NCBI GenBank assembly: GCA_001600815.1
Contig: BCKZ01000002.1
Location: 1,062,294 to 1,126,293 of the forward strand
DNA length: 64,000 nucleotides
Direction of reading: 5' to 3'
Source: Alloascoidea hylecoeti
Lineage: Eukaryota
Notes under the pieces: generated by a model
Told to the model about the DNA's origin: nothing
What the model saw: only the letters and a program-made list of their open reading frames with translations
Database searches by the model: none
Translations under genes and position numbers: made by a program
In this document: positions 24,755 to 35,759 of the stretch, piece after piece
How the letters are laid out: each line of letters begins with the position of its first letter
Position numbering within the stretch: the first letter of the stretch is position 1

Positions 24755-27742
24755 TTATTCTTCAGAAAGGGCTTTTCTTAACTCAAGAAATTTTTTCTCT
24801 AATATTTTATGTTCTTCAGTCATTTTTTGCAAAGCTTCTTTTGTTTTAAATAAATCATCTTCCAATGAAGTAGTTTGTTCCTCCAAAACTCTATTTGTTT
24901 CCATAACTTCGGCATTTCTTTGAATAGTTTGATTAATTTCAGTTTCAATTTCTTTTCTTTGATCTTTTAATTTTACTTCTTGTGATTCAATTAATTGTTT
25001 CTTTTCATTTTCTAAAGCAGCTAATTGTTGTTTTAAATTATAATTCTCAACTTGTAAATCATCATTTTCATCTTGAATATTTGCAATTGTAACTTTCCCT
25101 TGTACCATTATATTAGCAATTTCAATATGTTCTTTATTTAATTCAGATAATTCAGATTCTAATTGTTTAACAGAAGTATTTAATTTTATATTTGAAGATC
25201 TTAAATTTTCTAATTCTTCTTTTCTTTCAAATTCTTGTTTAATCATATCATTATATTCATTTTCATATTTTTTAATAACTGATGATACTAATTTAATACT
25301 ACTTGCATCATTGATTAATTCATTAATACGATATTGAATATTATTTGTATTAATTGTATTATTTGCAGTTGCACTTTTAATAAAAGTCATAAAAGTTTGA
25401 CCAGAATTATCATTTTTATCTTCAATTTTAGATAAATAAAAATCAAATAATTTTTCCTTCAAATAATTTTTCAAATCATCATTTGATAATAACATTATTT
25501 GAGTTGAATTTCTTTCCATTAAACAAATTGAAAATTTTAATAAAGATTCAATACCTTCAGAAATAATTATATCAAATATTCTTAAAACTATTGAAATTGG
25601 AAATTTATGGGCAAATAAACTTAAAAACCAATCAGAAGCAAAACTTAATGAAGTAATATTATTTCTTGATAAATGTAGAGAAACTTGTGGTAAATTATCT
25701 TCCAATAATCTATCAAATTGATATAATCTAACATGTAAACCGGGCATATCAGGTAAATAGAATTGCCTTAAACCATAATCATACATTAAAGCAACTAAAG
25801 CACAAAAGGCTTCAGATTCAGTCATATTTAAAATTAATGGTACAACAATATGAGCCATACCTTGAGTATAACCAACCTCTTTATCATAAAGACTGTATGC
25901 TTTAATAACATTAAATAGAGAAATCATTTTATCATTAGCCTGAGTGTGAATAACAATGCTTGTTTTAGCTAAATCTCTTTTAATTTGTTTTTCAAAGGGA
26001 GATCTTTGAGTAATAATATCATTATAACAATCTTCTAATTCAGCAGATTTTGATTGCAAAATTAATTGCCAAACAAAACCTCTTATTTCATTAGGAATAC
26101 CAGAAGTAAGTGCACTAGATAATTCAGCAGGAGTATTTCTTGCAAAAGTTGCATAATCATGTATAACATAAGTCCAAAAATTCCAATCAATATTTAACTC
26201 AGGAGCAATTGAAGAAGTACGAAGTTTTGCCTTTGTTTGTTCAAATTTACCTTTAACTTTTTCAAGTCCTTGACGATGAATATCTTGAATTGGTTGTTCT
26301 TTTGCGGTAAATACTTCAGAAGATCTTTTCAATCTATTTAATATTAAATCACAATTAAAAGCATGATCAATATCATTGAATCCAATGGTTCTTGAAGAAG
26401 TTGAAGAATGAGAAAAAGATTGAGATTTTTTAAACCATGAAAAAGCAGGAGATTTTCTTGGTGGTATACTTCTACCTGTATGAGTTCTTAAAGGTACAGG
26501 TGGAGTAGGATGATGAATAATAGTTGGAGGAGTTGGAGGGATTGTATCTTTTGAATCCAATTGTAAAGGACTATCTAAAGATTCCATAACTCTTAAAGTT
26601 CTAAGACGTTCTTGTCTAATCATTTCAAATTCAGAAGAAGAAGAATCACAAGATCTTCTTGGACTTAAAGGAACAGTAGTAAAATCTTTTGAACTTTCAT
26701 TTGATAAGACTCTTTGAGGGAAACTAAAACCAAAGGTATCAGGCTCTTGAAAGCCACTATCAGATTTAACAGAATGGCAACTACTCGCTTCAGATTTTGA
26801 AGCAATGGTATGCATATCAGAATCGGTTATACTTGATTCTCTTGATAAGATTCCTGGAATTCTAATACCTCTTTTTGGAATATCTTTATCATCATTGGAC
26901 TGTTGATTATTTGTTTCCTTAGCAATATAACTTAATCTAAATTCTTTTTTCGGAACCTCACCTCCTTTTGGAGGAGATGGATCTTTTGAAGCAAAACCTA
27001 AACGAAAGCCACGTTTTGGTACATCTTTAACTTCTGTTGGGAAAGAAGTTTGTGTTGAAGAGGCAGTTGGGGATTTTAGTTTTAAATTCAATTCATCTTC
27101 AGCACCGGCAGTTGATAAAATACTTAATCTAAATCTCTTTTTTTTATCTTTATAAGATTCTCTTGGTCTGGCGCCAGTTAATAGAGCAGCCGGAGAAGAA
27201 TAGGCGGGGTTTATGATTATATTGTTAGTACTGTTTATACTGTTTGTACTTTGTGCACTAGTAATCGGCTTTAATGAGTGATCAGCATCTGGCTCGTGAT
27301 GTTGCTCATGATCATTGTCAGATTGGGAAGGACTTATATTTGAAGTTGGAGAGGCAACATGGATGGATGTTGTAACAACATTAGAGTCATCAGCAGCAAC
27401 AATAGTAGCATTAGTTGACTCGTTTGAGGGATGCTCCTGTTCTTGTTTTTTTTCTTTTTCATGTTCTTCATTCTGCTCTTGTGGTTGGTGTTGAGTTTGT
27501 TCGATCACAGGTGAAGAATCGTGTAAAATTTTGGAGACATCTTCCGTAGACTCATTGAGAGTAGTTGATTGAGAAATGTCATCATAGGCAGACTCGGTAG
27601 TGTCAGTGGACTCGGTACTTGAATGGAGAGATGTGAGTTTTGTAGCAGGGACCTGATCTTTCTGGTAGACGTTGTCGTGAAAGTCAGAATTCAGGTGTCT
27701 ATCCGGCAGACATGATGGTAAATCAGCTTGAACTTCGGTCAT
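24755..27742 (-). CDS. TBC-domain Rab GTPase-activating protein, Gyp5/Gyl1 family, with C-terminal coiled coil
   Basis: Motifs GIPNEIRGFVWQ, IKRDLAKT, YSLYDKEVGYTQGM, LYQFDRLLED, FASDWFLSLF. Likely start is ATG at 27742 (MTEVQAD). Confidence 0.9.
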   Translation of the reverse strand: MTEVQADLPSCLPDRHLNSDFHDNVYQKDQVPATKLTSLHSSTESTDTTESAYDDISQSTTLNESTEDVSKILHDSSPVIEQTQHQPQEQNEEHEKEKKQEQEHPSNESTNATIVAADDSNVVTTSIHVASPTSNISPSQSDNDHEQHHEPDADHSLKPITSAQSTNSINSTNNIIINPAYSSPAALLTGARPRESYKDKKKRFRLSILSTAGAEDELNLKLKSPTASSTQTSFPTEVKDVPKRGFRLGFASKDPSPPKGGEVPKKEFRLSYIAKETNNQQSNDDKDIPKRGIRIPGILSRESSITDSDMHTIASKSEASSCHSVKSDSGFQEPDTFGFSFPQRVLSNESSKDFTTVPLSPRRSCDSSSSEFEMIRQERLRTLRVMESLDSPLQLDSKDTIPPTPPTIIHHPTPPVPLRTHTGRSIPPRKSPAFSWFKKSQSFSHSSTSSRTIGFNDIDHAFNCDLILNRLKRSSEVFTAKEQPIQDIHRQGLEKVKGKFEQTKAKLRTSSIAPELNIDWNFWTYVIHDYATFARNTPAELSSALTSGIPNEIRGFVWQLILQSKSAELEDCYNDIITQRSPFEKQIKRDLAKTSIVIHTQANDKMISLFNVIKAYSLYDKEVGYTQGMAHIVVPLILNMTESEAFCALVALMYDYGLRQFYLPDMPGLHVRLYQFDRLLEDNLPQVSLHLSRNNITSLSFASDWFLSLFAHKFPISIVLRIFDIIISEGIESLLKFSICLMERNSTQIMLLSNDDLKNYLKEKLFDFYLSKIEDKNDNSGQTFMTFIKSATANNTINTNNIQYRINELINDASSIKLVSSVIKKYENEYNDMIKQEFERKEELENLRSSNIKLNTSVKQLESELSELNKEHIEIANIMVQGKVTIANIQDENDDLQVENYNLKQQLAALENEKKQLIESQEVKLKDQRKEIETEINQTIQRNAEVMETNRVLEEQTTSLEDDLFKTKEALQKMTEEHKILEKKFLELRKALSEE

Positions 27743-30700
27743 TTTGCCTTTAGCCAGAGAATCGATGTAGCAAGAAAGAAAAAGGAGGAGAAAAGAAGAA
27801 GGTGAAGACAGAAAACAACGCAGCAAAGCACAGAAGGCGGTTGTCACCAAAATGCCATAAATTATAATTACTCACCCAAAGCGGTAGCTGAGGTCACGTG
27901 GCTCGGAGAGATGTTTGCTCTCTAAATTTATAATTTACTTATCTTCTGCTTAAACCTCCAAATCTTTAACTCCAGATCTTCTATCTCCGATCAGTATTGT
28001 TATTCCTTCGTATTATCGTACTGCTCATCATGAACATGTGGCATTTACCTACAAAACCCTCTGTTATGTAGCTACAATTAGTCATATTAAAAATATATAC
28101 AAGTAATGCAATCGGCGATAATACTCGCATTTCTTGTGGCTTACTTGCTTATAATTATGAAGGAAAATATTATATACATGTATATTTAACTTGCCCATAG
28201 ATTGCTGGCCAATTTTGAAATCCTCAGTCATTCCACTGAAATTAGTATATATACAATTGAGAAAACAAAAAGTTCTAGGTAACTCAATTGTAAGATCTGC
28301 CTCTACAAGCCTTGGAAACAATTGCAATTTTTGCTACTTCAATTGCTTAGAGGAAGAACTGAAACCGTCACACAACATATGCAATATAATGGATTTCGCA
28401 AATAATAGGGGAAATAATAATAAAAAATAGATTTTAATTTGAATGATCAATCAATCAATCATTCATTCAATCAATCATTATTAAGAGGTTTCAATTCAAC
28501 TTTCCCTGTCTAAATTCCTCAAACCCATTAAATATTGAAAAACACATGCTACACACATGATTAATCATTGCTACATTAAGAAAATAAGGAGAAATAGAAA
28601 TTACTAATATATAATTATGATATTATGGCATATATAAGTGCTGGATTTATTTTATATCATGACCAATAAATAAAAATATTCCCAAAACTCTTCATTCGCG
28701 CGAATTCGCGAATTCTTTGCATACTATTTAATTAATGCTAATTAAAAAATTAATCGGTGAGACCATAAGATACTCAAATGAACATGTAATTAATATAACT
28801 AGAAATAATTTTTTACCCAAGACAATACAATCGATATCATTTTACAAATAATGATCTAGAGCAATTGCAATGCACAACCAACTCATAGTGAATCTGATAT
28901 CTAGTCAATGTAGTCATACGTGTATCTTTTGTGAGGTAAATAAAAGACATTCAACTGTAATACTTCAACCGCTAGGAGCCGAGGGGCTTACCAGTCATGT
29001 GAATCTGTATATTCATTAGCGCACTAGCTATATACATAACCTTTCCGTATAATATATAGTAGTCAGTTTAGTATACTTTAAATTTACCTCCAAAAAATAT
29101 AAGGATTACTATATATTATATCAAGCTTCAGTTCTGCTCCATCATTAAACTTATAGTTATTCATCACATGAATCAAGAAACTTAAATTTATAGTTATAAT
29201 GGAAAGTTCGAGGGGTTATTGCTTATAACTTATAACTTATATTATAACATTAATTAGAATTACGGGCTGAAGTTAACATGTTAATTTCAACGATTATCAA
29301 AGATATAATCATGCTCATCTATTTATCCTTAATAGCTAGGCAGGAATCCATTCATAATATATTATATCAAAAACGTTATCTACATTTTAACAGCTAGCGA
29401 TGCAAATATAGAAATATTGTTGATGAAGCGCTATATTTCTTGAGTATGTTATAATTTTAGTTACATATACTTATGATTTTATAAATCAATAGGCTATAAA
29501 TATCTATTAAATTTGAATAATTATGTATGTTTAATTTATATTTAGCTATAGTTTTAGTTACGATTAATATATTATAGATATCGATCATCTTTCATCTTCC
29601 TTAATAACTATTAAATATACCTATAATATAATCTTAATCACAAACGAGTTAAGGATAAGCGGGAAAGTTCATTTATTATTATTTCGTAATTATGAATTAA
29701 AGATATGTTCTGTAGATATTTGAATATTTAGGAACTTAAACCGTTATCAACGTTAACATTACGATCTAGAGCATATAATGTATTAAATATAGTGTAAGTG
29801 ACGTACCAACTGCGATGTTCTACTAACCACCTCATCTAAAAGTGTTGGGCCTTCCATATTTCTTGGGTTTGCTATATACCATCATTTTGGTATTGAGCTG
29901 AGTTTTAAAAAAGTTAAATTTCACGTGGCATGACATTTTGAAAAGATTCTCTCAACTCGTGGTTCGTAGTACATACATTATATGATTATACAATGCAATT
30001 CACTAGCTGCAATCACAATATAACTTATATGTTGAGAATAGTAATTAATATTGATTCTTCGGTTACCATAGGAAGGGTTGACGTATCCTTGACCAAGCCT
30101 TATAATTACCTTCTGCTTAATCAATTACCACTTCACCAGTCACCACCACGCCAAAAAAACTTCATCCGAAGCGGGAGGAGCACAAGTTGAGATTAGATAT
30201 AGCCACTGTTTACGCACTGCTGAATCCTAGCCCGTCCATAAGAAGATTTCAAAAGGCTTCTGCTTTCCTCAGATCTTCCTTTGGGAATAGGTCTGTAGTG
30301 AAATAAAACTTCTCCAATCGAGGAGTTTAATAAAACAAAACAGAAGCTTTCAGTTTTTCGGGAAGATGGGGTATTGGAACATTCCTGGGAAATGGCCAAA
30401 TGTGGCTTCACTTTTGATAGCAACGATCGTTACGTGATCAACTACTTCGTCGTAGGCTTTTTAGATAGACATGATAAGATTGTTTCCAAACCGTCTTACG
30501 TTCTTGAATCTTATATAATTACCTGTAGATTATCGGCGCTACTTCACAAATATGCCAGATCTATAAAGAGAACTTAATTCACTAGAAATTTTGAATGTGC
30601 CATCTTCTAGAGTCAACCCAGATATGAGAGGGTTTCCAAGATAATTAACATCAATGAAATCGTACTAATGGTGAATTATGCGAAGAACATGCATATGCTT

Positions 30701-32488
30701 CCATATTTAGGACATACATGTATATGCACATATTCTACCTGGTAAGTGACACTACTTCTAAAATTTAAAAACTGCCTTGTTCTCCCGTGCCTCATTAAAG
30801 ATATTCACATAGTGCTATTTTAAATGACAATTTACAAGTATGATATATATTGATAGTTAACTGGGATTGCGGAATTTTTTGCGTGACAAAGAATGTACAG
30901 CTGGCCGCAGATTAAACTTCACGTTTTTTCGGGTCACCACTTCAATAAAATGGCCAGCTGCTGAGCAGTGAGTACTTTATAAGGCCTTAAAATAGTACAT
31001 AATGTTCCAAAAATTCTAGAGGTTCCTTAAGCCTATATGAAATGGCATCATAAGTTTGGTCTTAATAGTTAGTACTGTTAGCGCCATTAACGTCATGAAC
31101 GGCTGCCATTCTAGATCTACGAGGTATGGAATATTATAATTGGGAACTCATCCACTCTATACTGTAAAGAATACTAAAAGATTCTACTAAAGAACTACCA
31201 TTTTTCCAAAATTCCACCCCATACCATGTGGTATGTATACCATATATAAGACTCCCAGACCCAAACTTCCTTAGATTCTAAATTTTCGAAGCTTCAAAGC
31301 CCTGGCCTGACCGTCGTCAATCATAAACTTTTCCTGACTGGTATCCTGTAGCGACCCGATTGCACCCGATTGCAACATTCGTTACCACATCCCAAACGTT
31401 CTCAGATCACTTGGAGCCGTATCATTCTGTTCTATTGATTCTTCTCATTCAAAGAAGGCCTTTTATGAGATATGCCCAGAATATTACATATACGTATCCA
31501 TTTTTAAAAAAAGGGTTCTTATAATTACTACTTCTTAGAGTAGGTCTTTAGAGTGGTACCCGCCGAAAAAAGGGTAAGATTAATCTTGACTCGGCTGTCA
31601 TAACCGCGTCCGCATATTTGCAGTGGATTTTATGTTACTTGACAGTTTTATTTTTCATTACAGACATCTACACTGTCCAGATCTAGATCTTAATATATTG
31701 ATTTTCTATAATAATAATAAAAACATATATGGATAAAGTCTGGGCAACTAAACAGGTAGAACTGCTAGTATTGATCCGTAGCTGCCAGCCTACCATGGAG
31801 AATCAGTGGCGAATAAGCGCAGTGACTGATCATTATTCAAAGGAATTCGCGAACGTTAACCTAATCAATATAATACCACTTTTATGATTTATGCATATCA
31901 TCCGGAAAAAGTCACGAGACACCGTACTTTGAGTACAAAATGGTGCAGGGCTCTGCAGGCGCAACGTTAATTGGAAAAATATCCATTACCCGGTCTTTTA
32001 AAGCAAAAAAAGAAAAGAAGAAAAAGAGCTAATATATAAAGCAGAAATATAAACTTTAAATTTGATTTATACCCACTCATATAGATGGTCGATAAAGTCG
32101 TTTGCAGTGTACGCGGAAAATGTATATTGACAAGCCAGACTCCAATGTGTCAAACACACGCATAGAAATATATTTAACCAATCCAAATAAATGACAATTA
32201 GGACATTTGTAGTTCTACACATAAATATTTACTTTTCGTAATATTTACATTTGCAGGCACATATGGCTAATAGTAGCCTAATACCGTATAGATCCCAGAA
32301 GGATTATCTTAACGTGCAACAATGATCTGCTGCTGCCATAGTTATTAATTAATGATATGCATATATTATGCCAAAATATTACAAACAAATCTTCAGCATG
32401 ATCGGAGTCGGATGTAATAAATTCCAACACATATATATCTTTTACCTTCTTTTATATAACCCAATTGAAAGCCCTAACCACCTTCATT

Positions 32489-33559
32489 ATGGTTCCAATT
32501 TCAAGCAAAACGGTACTCTTAACCGGTTCCTCTGGGTTCATTGGCCAGCATATACTTCTTATACTTTTAAAAAAAGGTTATAATGTAATCGCACAAGTGC
32601 AAACTGAGGAAATAGAAAAAGAACTAAAAGATGGTTTTGAGCAATATATTGCAAGTCCCAATCAATTGAAAATAATCATCATTCCTGATATTAGCAAGCC
32701 TGAGTGTTTTGATAAGCTTTTCATAGACCATAAAGAAATTACTGGTGTTATTCACACGGCGGCCAAAGTCACTGGCGCTACGGAGGATAATAAAAAAGCT
32801 TATGTGGAGACCGCTACTAATGGCGTTGCAACCCTTTTTGGTTCAATTCTAAAGTTTGCTCCTCAGATAACGAGAGTCGTCTTCACTTCTTCGATAGCTG
32901 CCATTCAAAATGTTACTCAAATGTTTAATAAAGATTTTGTTCATACCGAAGATACATGGGATCCATTGCAATGGGATGACAGCTTTCAAAAAATTCCATT
33001 TTATGCATATGCTATTTCTAAAATTGAATCAGAAAAGGCTGCTTGGAAATTTGTTAAGGACCATAAGGTTAACTTCAAGTTAAGTGTGGTTTGTCCCCCA
33101 TATGTAATTGGCCCTCTTGCTTTGGATAAAAGCATAGGAAGACATTTGCCATCATCCGCTGATATCGTTAATAGATTGTTATACACAAAACAAAACACTG
33201 ATAGCGATATATTTTTCAAAGAACCTTTTGGGTATGTTGGAGATGTTCGAGATGTTGCTTTAGCCCATGTTTTATCTTTAGGAAGAGAAGAAGCTATTGG
33301 TCAAAGATGGCTACCTATCTCAGGAAAGTGGGTTCTTCAAAACTCTTTAGATTTGATACATAAGAATTTTCCCGAGCTTACTGATAAAATAGCAAAAGGT
33401 CAACCTGGTAAAGGATTTGAATTAATACAGTCAATGGCAGGGTATGATGTATCTAAAACTATACAGCAGTCCGGTATAACTGAATTCGTATCCATTGAAC
33501 AATCAACAATAGACGCAGTTAGACAAGTCTTGGATAACTACGACATAACTTGTAATTAA
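32489..33559 (+). CDS. NAD(P)H-dependent aldehyde/methylglyoxal reductase, Gre2/Ari1 family
   Basis: Motifs VLLTGSSGFIG, VIHTA, VVFTSS, YxxSK (YAISK), DVRDVALAH. First in-frame ATG at 32489. Confidence 0.9.
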   Translation: MVPISSKTVLLTGSSGFIGQHILLILLKKGYNVIAQVQTEEIEKELKDGFEQYIASPNQLKIIIIPDISKPECFDKLFIDHKEITGVIHTAAKVTGATEDNKKAYVETATNGVATLFGSILKFAPQITRVVFTSSIAAIQNVTQMFNKDFVHTEDTWDPLQWDDSFQKIPFYAYAISKIESEKAAWKFVKDHKVNFKLSVVCPPYVIGPLALDKSIGRHLPSSADIVNRLLYTKQNTDSDIFFKEPFGYVGDVRDVALAHVLSLGREEAIGQRWLPISGKWVLQNSLDLIHKNFPELTDKIAKGQPGKGFELIQSMAGYDVSKTIQQSGITEFVSIEQSTIDAVRQVLDNYDITCN

Positions 33560-34250
33560 AATTAATGAGACATATACATAAGTAGATAAATTTATATAAC
33601 TATTAACTACAGATGTGAATTATAGCGATTATAATCTTATATTACGCCATCCTGTATATTTTATAACTTGCAATTGTATTGTTTTTCAAATCTTCCGTGG
33701 CGTAACGCTATGCATTTTAATTTTAGTTAATATTAATCATGATAATATATAAGGGCCTATAATATTGTATACCTTATAACTTACTTAACTTTTTACTCTT
33801 AATAGACAATAAATCATCAATACGATAAGAGGATTAATAACGTTAATTAATACAGTGTTTGCGTTAATATGGACCACTTGTTGAACCTATATTTCTCCAC
33901 ATTTTTGATTAAAAATCGAGCACATAGTCAATAATAAGAAAGTTACTTAAATTAGAATTATTCTTTGAATATTAAATTACAAATTAATTATAATCTTTTT
34001 TAACCTACTGAAAAAATCTAGTTAAACGCCTATTGAAATATTAGAAAAAAATTACAATACATAAATAAACAAAATTTTTAAATAGTCATTAATTATAAAG
34101 TAATACAATAGCAAGAAGCTATATTGCATAAGCTTTGTTGATAAGAATTCTAAACAAAACAAAAAATTAGTAAAGCGAAAAAATAGAAGACAAGACAAGA
34201 GGAAAAATATAAATACAGTATAAAGTTATAACTGTATTGATTGCGTCCAT

Positions 34251-35759
34251 TCATGAATAGTTTGTATCAAAGAGACCATTTGGATGACTGCCGGAGTCCA
34301 AATCTGAAAAAATACCCAAAAGCTCATCACCAAAATGTGAACCAACCATATTAGGATCCATCATTGCTGACATGTGATCTACCATTGCCAACGGTTGATT
34401 CATCGTTGTGGACGTCTGATCTATGGTTGTGGACGCCTGGTCCATCATTGTGGGTGTTTGATACATCATTGTCGATGTTTGATCCATCATTTCCGATGGT
34501 TGATCCATCATTTTCATAGGAGGGCTGGTGACATAATTATTATTATTGAAAGGTTCAAGATTATGTAGTACAGGAGAGAAATTCGATTGTGAAGTGCGAA
34601 GACTTTCCCTAGAAAGGTGCGAAAAGTTTGAATTTGTAGAGTTCATTGATGATACAGAACCTGTAGACCTTGGAGTATCAAAGGGATCTTGTAGTGCTAA
34701 AGATGAATGTTCAAAGTTGTGTCCCGATGTCTGAGTTGAGGGAACATTATAGTAACCCATTTGGTGTTGCAAATTATAGCCAGGAATTTGGGGAGAAACA
34801 ATCGTTGGTATGTAATTGCTGTCTAATCGTTCAATATTCTCTCTGTACATATCGTTATTATGAGTCGACGTCTCTTGATGTACATTACTAAAAAACATTG
34901 GGAATTGATCAGCCGTTCGACTATTCTCGAGGTTTGCTGAAGAAGTAACAGGAGTTGATGGAGAGTAATCCGACGAAAAATCACCAGTGAATTCAGGGTT
35001 GAATAATGAGGAAGACGGTTGTCTTACAACTAGAGGTTCTCGAGGAGATGCTTGAGGAGATGCTCGATGGGATGCTTGATGGGATGCTTGATGGGATGCT
35101 TGAGGAGGTGGATAAGAAGGTGGTTGATATTTTACACGTCTCTCCAAAGGTACTGGTAAGGTTTTAGTAGTTTCTCTTCTTTGAATTCGATATAAGTGGT
35201 TTCCAATAATGGTCGAATTTCGCACTGGAACATTAATCTTCCCCTTTTCTTTTAAAAGAAATTCCTTGCACATATCACCATACACCTTAGGTGTTTCTCC
35301 TGTAACATTCTTGAAAACCCTGTGGAAATGCCACGGTGAAAGTTGGACAATTACTGCCAACTCTTTGAATCCCAATACACCACCCCGTCTTTTAGTTTGT
35401 TTTGATTTTTGTCCACGTTTTGTATTTGTGACAACTTCAGCAGCAGCAGCAGTAACAATACTTTTGCATGCTTTAATCACTTTATCATAATGATCAAAAT
35501 CATTCTTCCCCTGCTTCTGGTCAACATTTGCGGCACTAGTCGGTATTTGCTTCTTGAAATCAATTTGACTGTTAACTGCAGCTAATGTTTTATTTATGAG
35601 CATTTCGTTTATTGCAAGTTCTGGAACTCTTTTTTTTTTCTTCGTTAATTCGGATAAATGAGAAGGAATATCTTCTTTAAATAAATTTAACCCGCTCTCT
35701 ACCGTTTGCAAAGGGTACCTAGAGCTAGTTGATTCTTCTCTATCTGTTAACCTTGACAT
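34251..35759 (-). CDS. Ada/AraC-type helix-turn-helix protein with a low-complexity C-terminal tail; no Ada Zn-binding cysteines
   Basis: FKELAVIVQLSPWHFHRVFKNVTGETPKVYG matches the HTH_AraC motif of Ada-family regulators. No CRPxC or CKRC motif in the ORF. Confidence 0.75.
   Translation of the reverse strand: MSRLTDREESTSSRYPLQTVESGLNLFKEDIPSHLSELTKKKKRVPELAINEMLINKTLAAVNSQIDFKKQIPTSAANVDQKQGKNDFDHYDKVIKACKSIVTAAAAEVVTNTKRGQKSKQTKRRGGVLGFKELAVIVQLSPWHFHRVFKNVTGETPKVYGDMCKEFLLKEKGKINVPVRNSTIIGNHLYRIQRRETTKTLPVPLERRVKYQPPSYPPPQASHQASHQASHRASPQASPREPLVVRQPSSSLFNPEFTGDFSSDYSPSTPVTSSANLENSRTADQFPMFFSNVHQETSTHNNDMYRENIERLDSNYIPTIVSPQIPGYNLQHQMGYYNVPSTQTSGHNFEHSSLALQDPFDTPRSTGSVSSMNSTNSNFSHLSRESLRTSQSNFSPVLHNLEPFNNNNYVTSPPMKMMDQPSEMMDQTSTMMYQTPTMMDQASTTIDQTSTTMNQPLAMVDHMSAMMDPNMVGSHFGDELLGIFSDLDSGSHPNGLFDTNYS
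34354..34511 (-). repeat. Coding 21-bp minisatellite, about 7.5 copies of a 7-aa MMDQxSx unit
   Basis: MMDQPSE MMDQTST MMYQTPT MMDQAST TIDQTST TMNQPLA MVDHMSA MMDP. A 12-bp QASH repeat also lies at about 35045-35105. Confidence 0.85.

Noticed and set aside
31200..31500. Possible solo LTR (TATATAAG followed by C-rich sequence)
   Set aside because: No TG...CA boundaries, target-site duplication or second copy identified.
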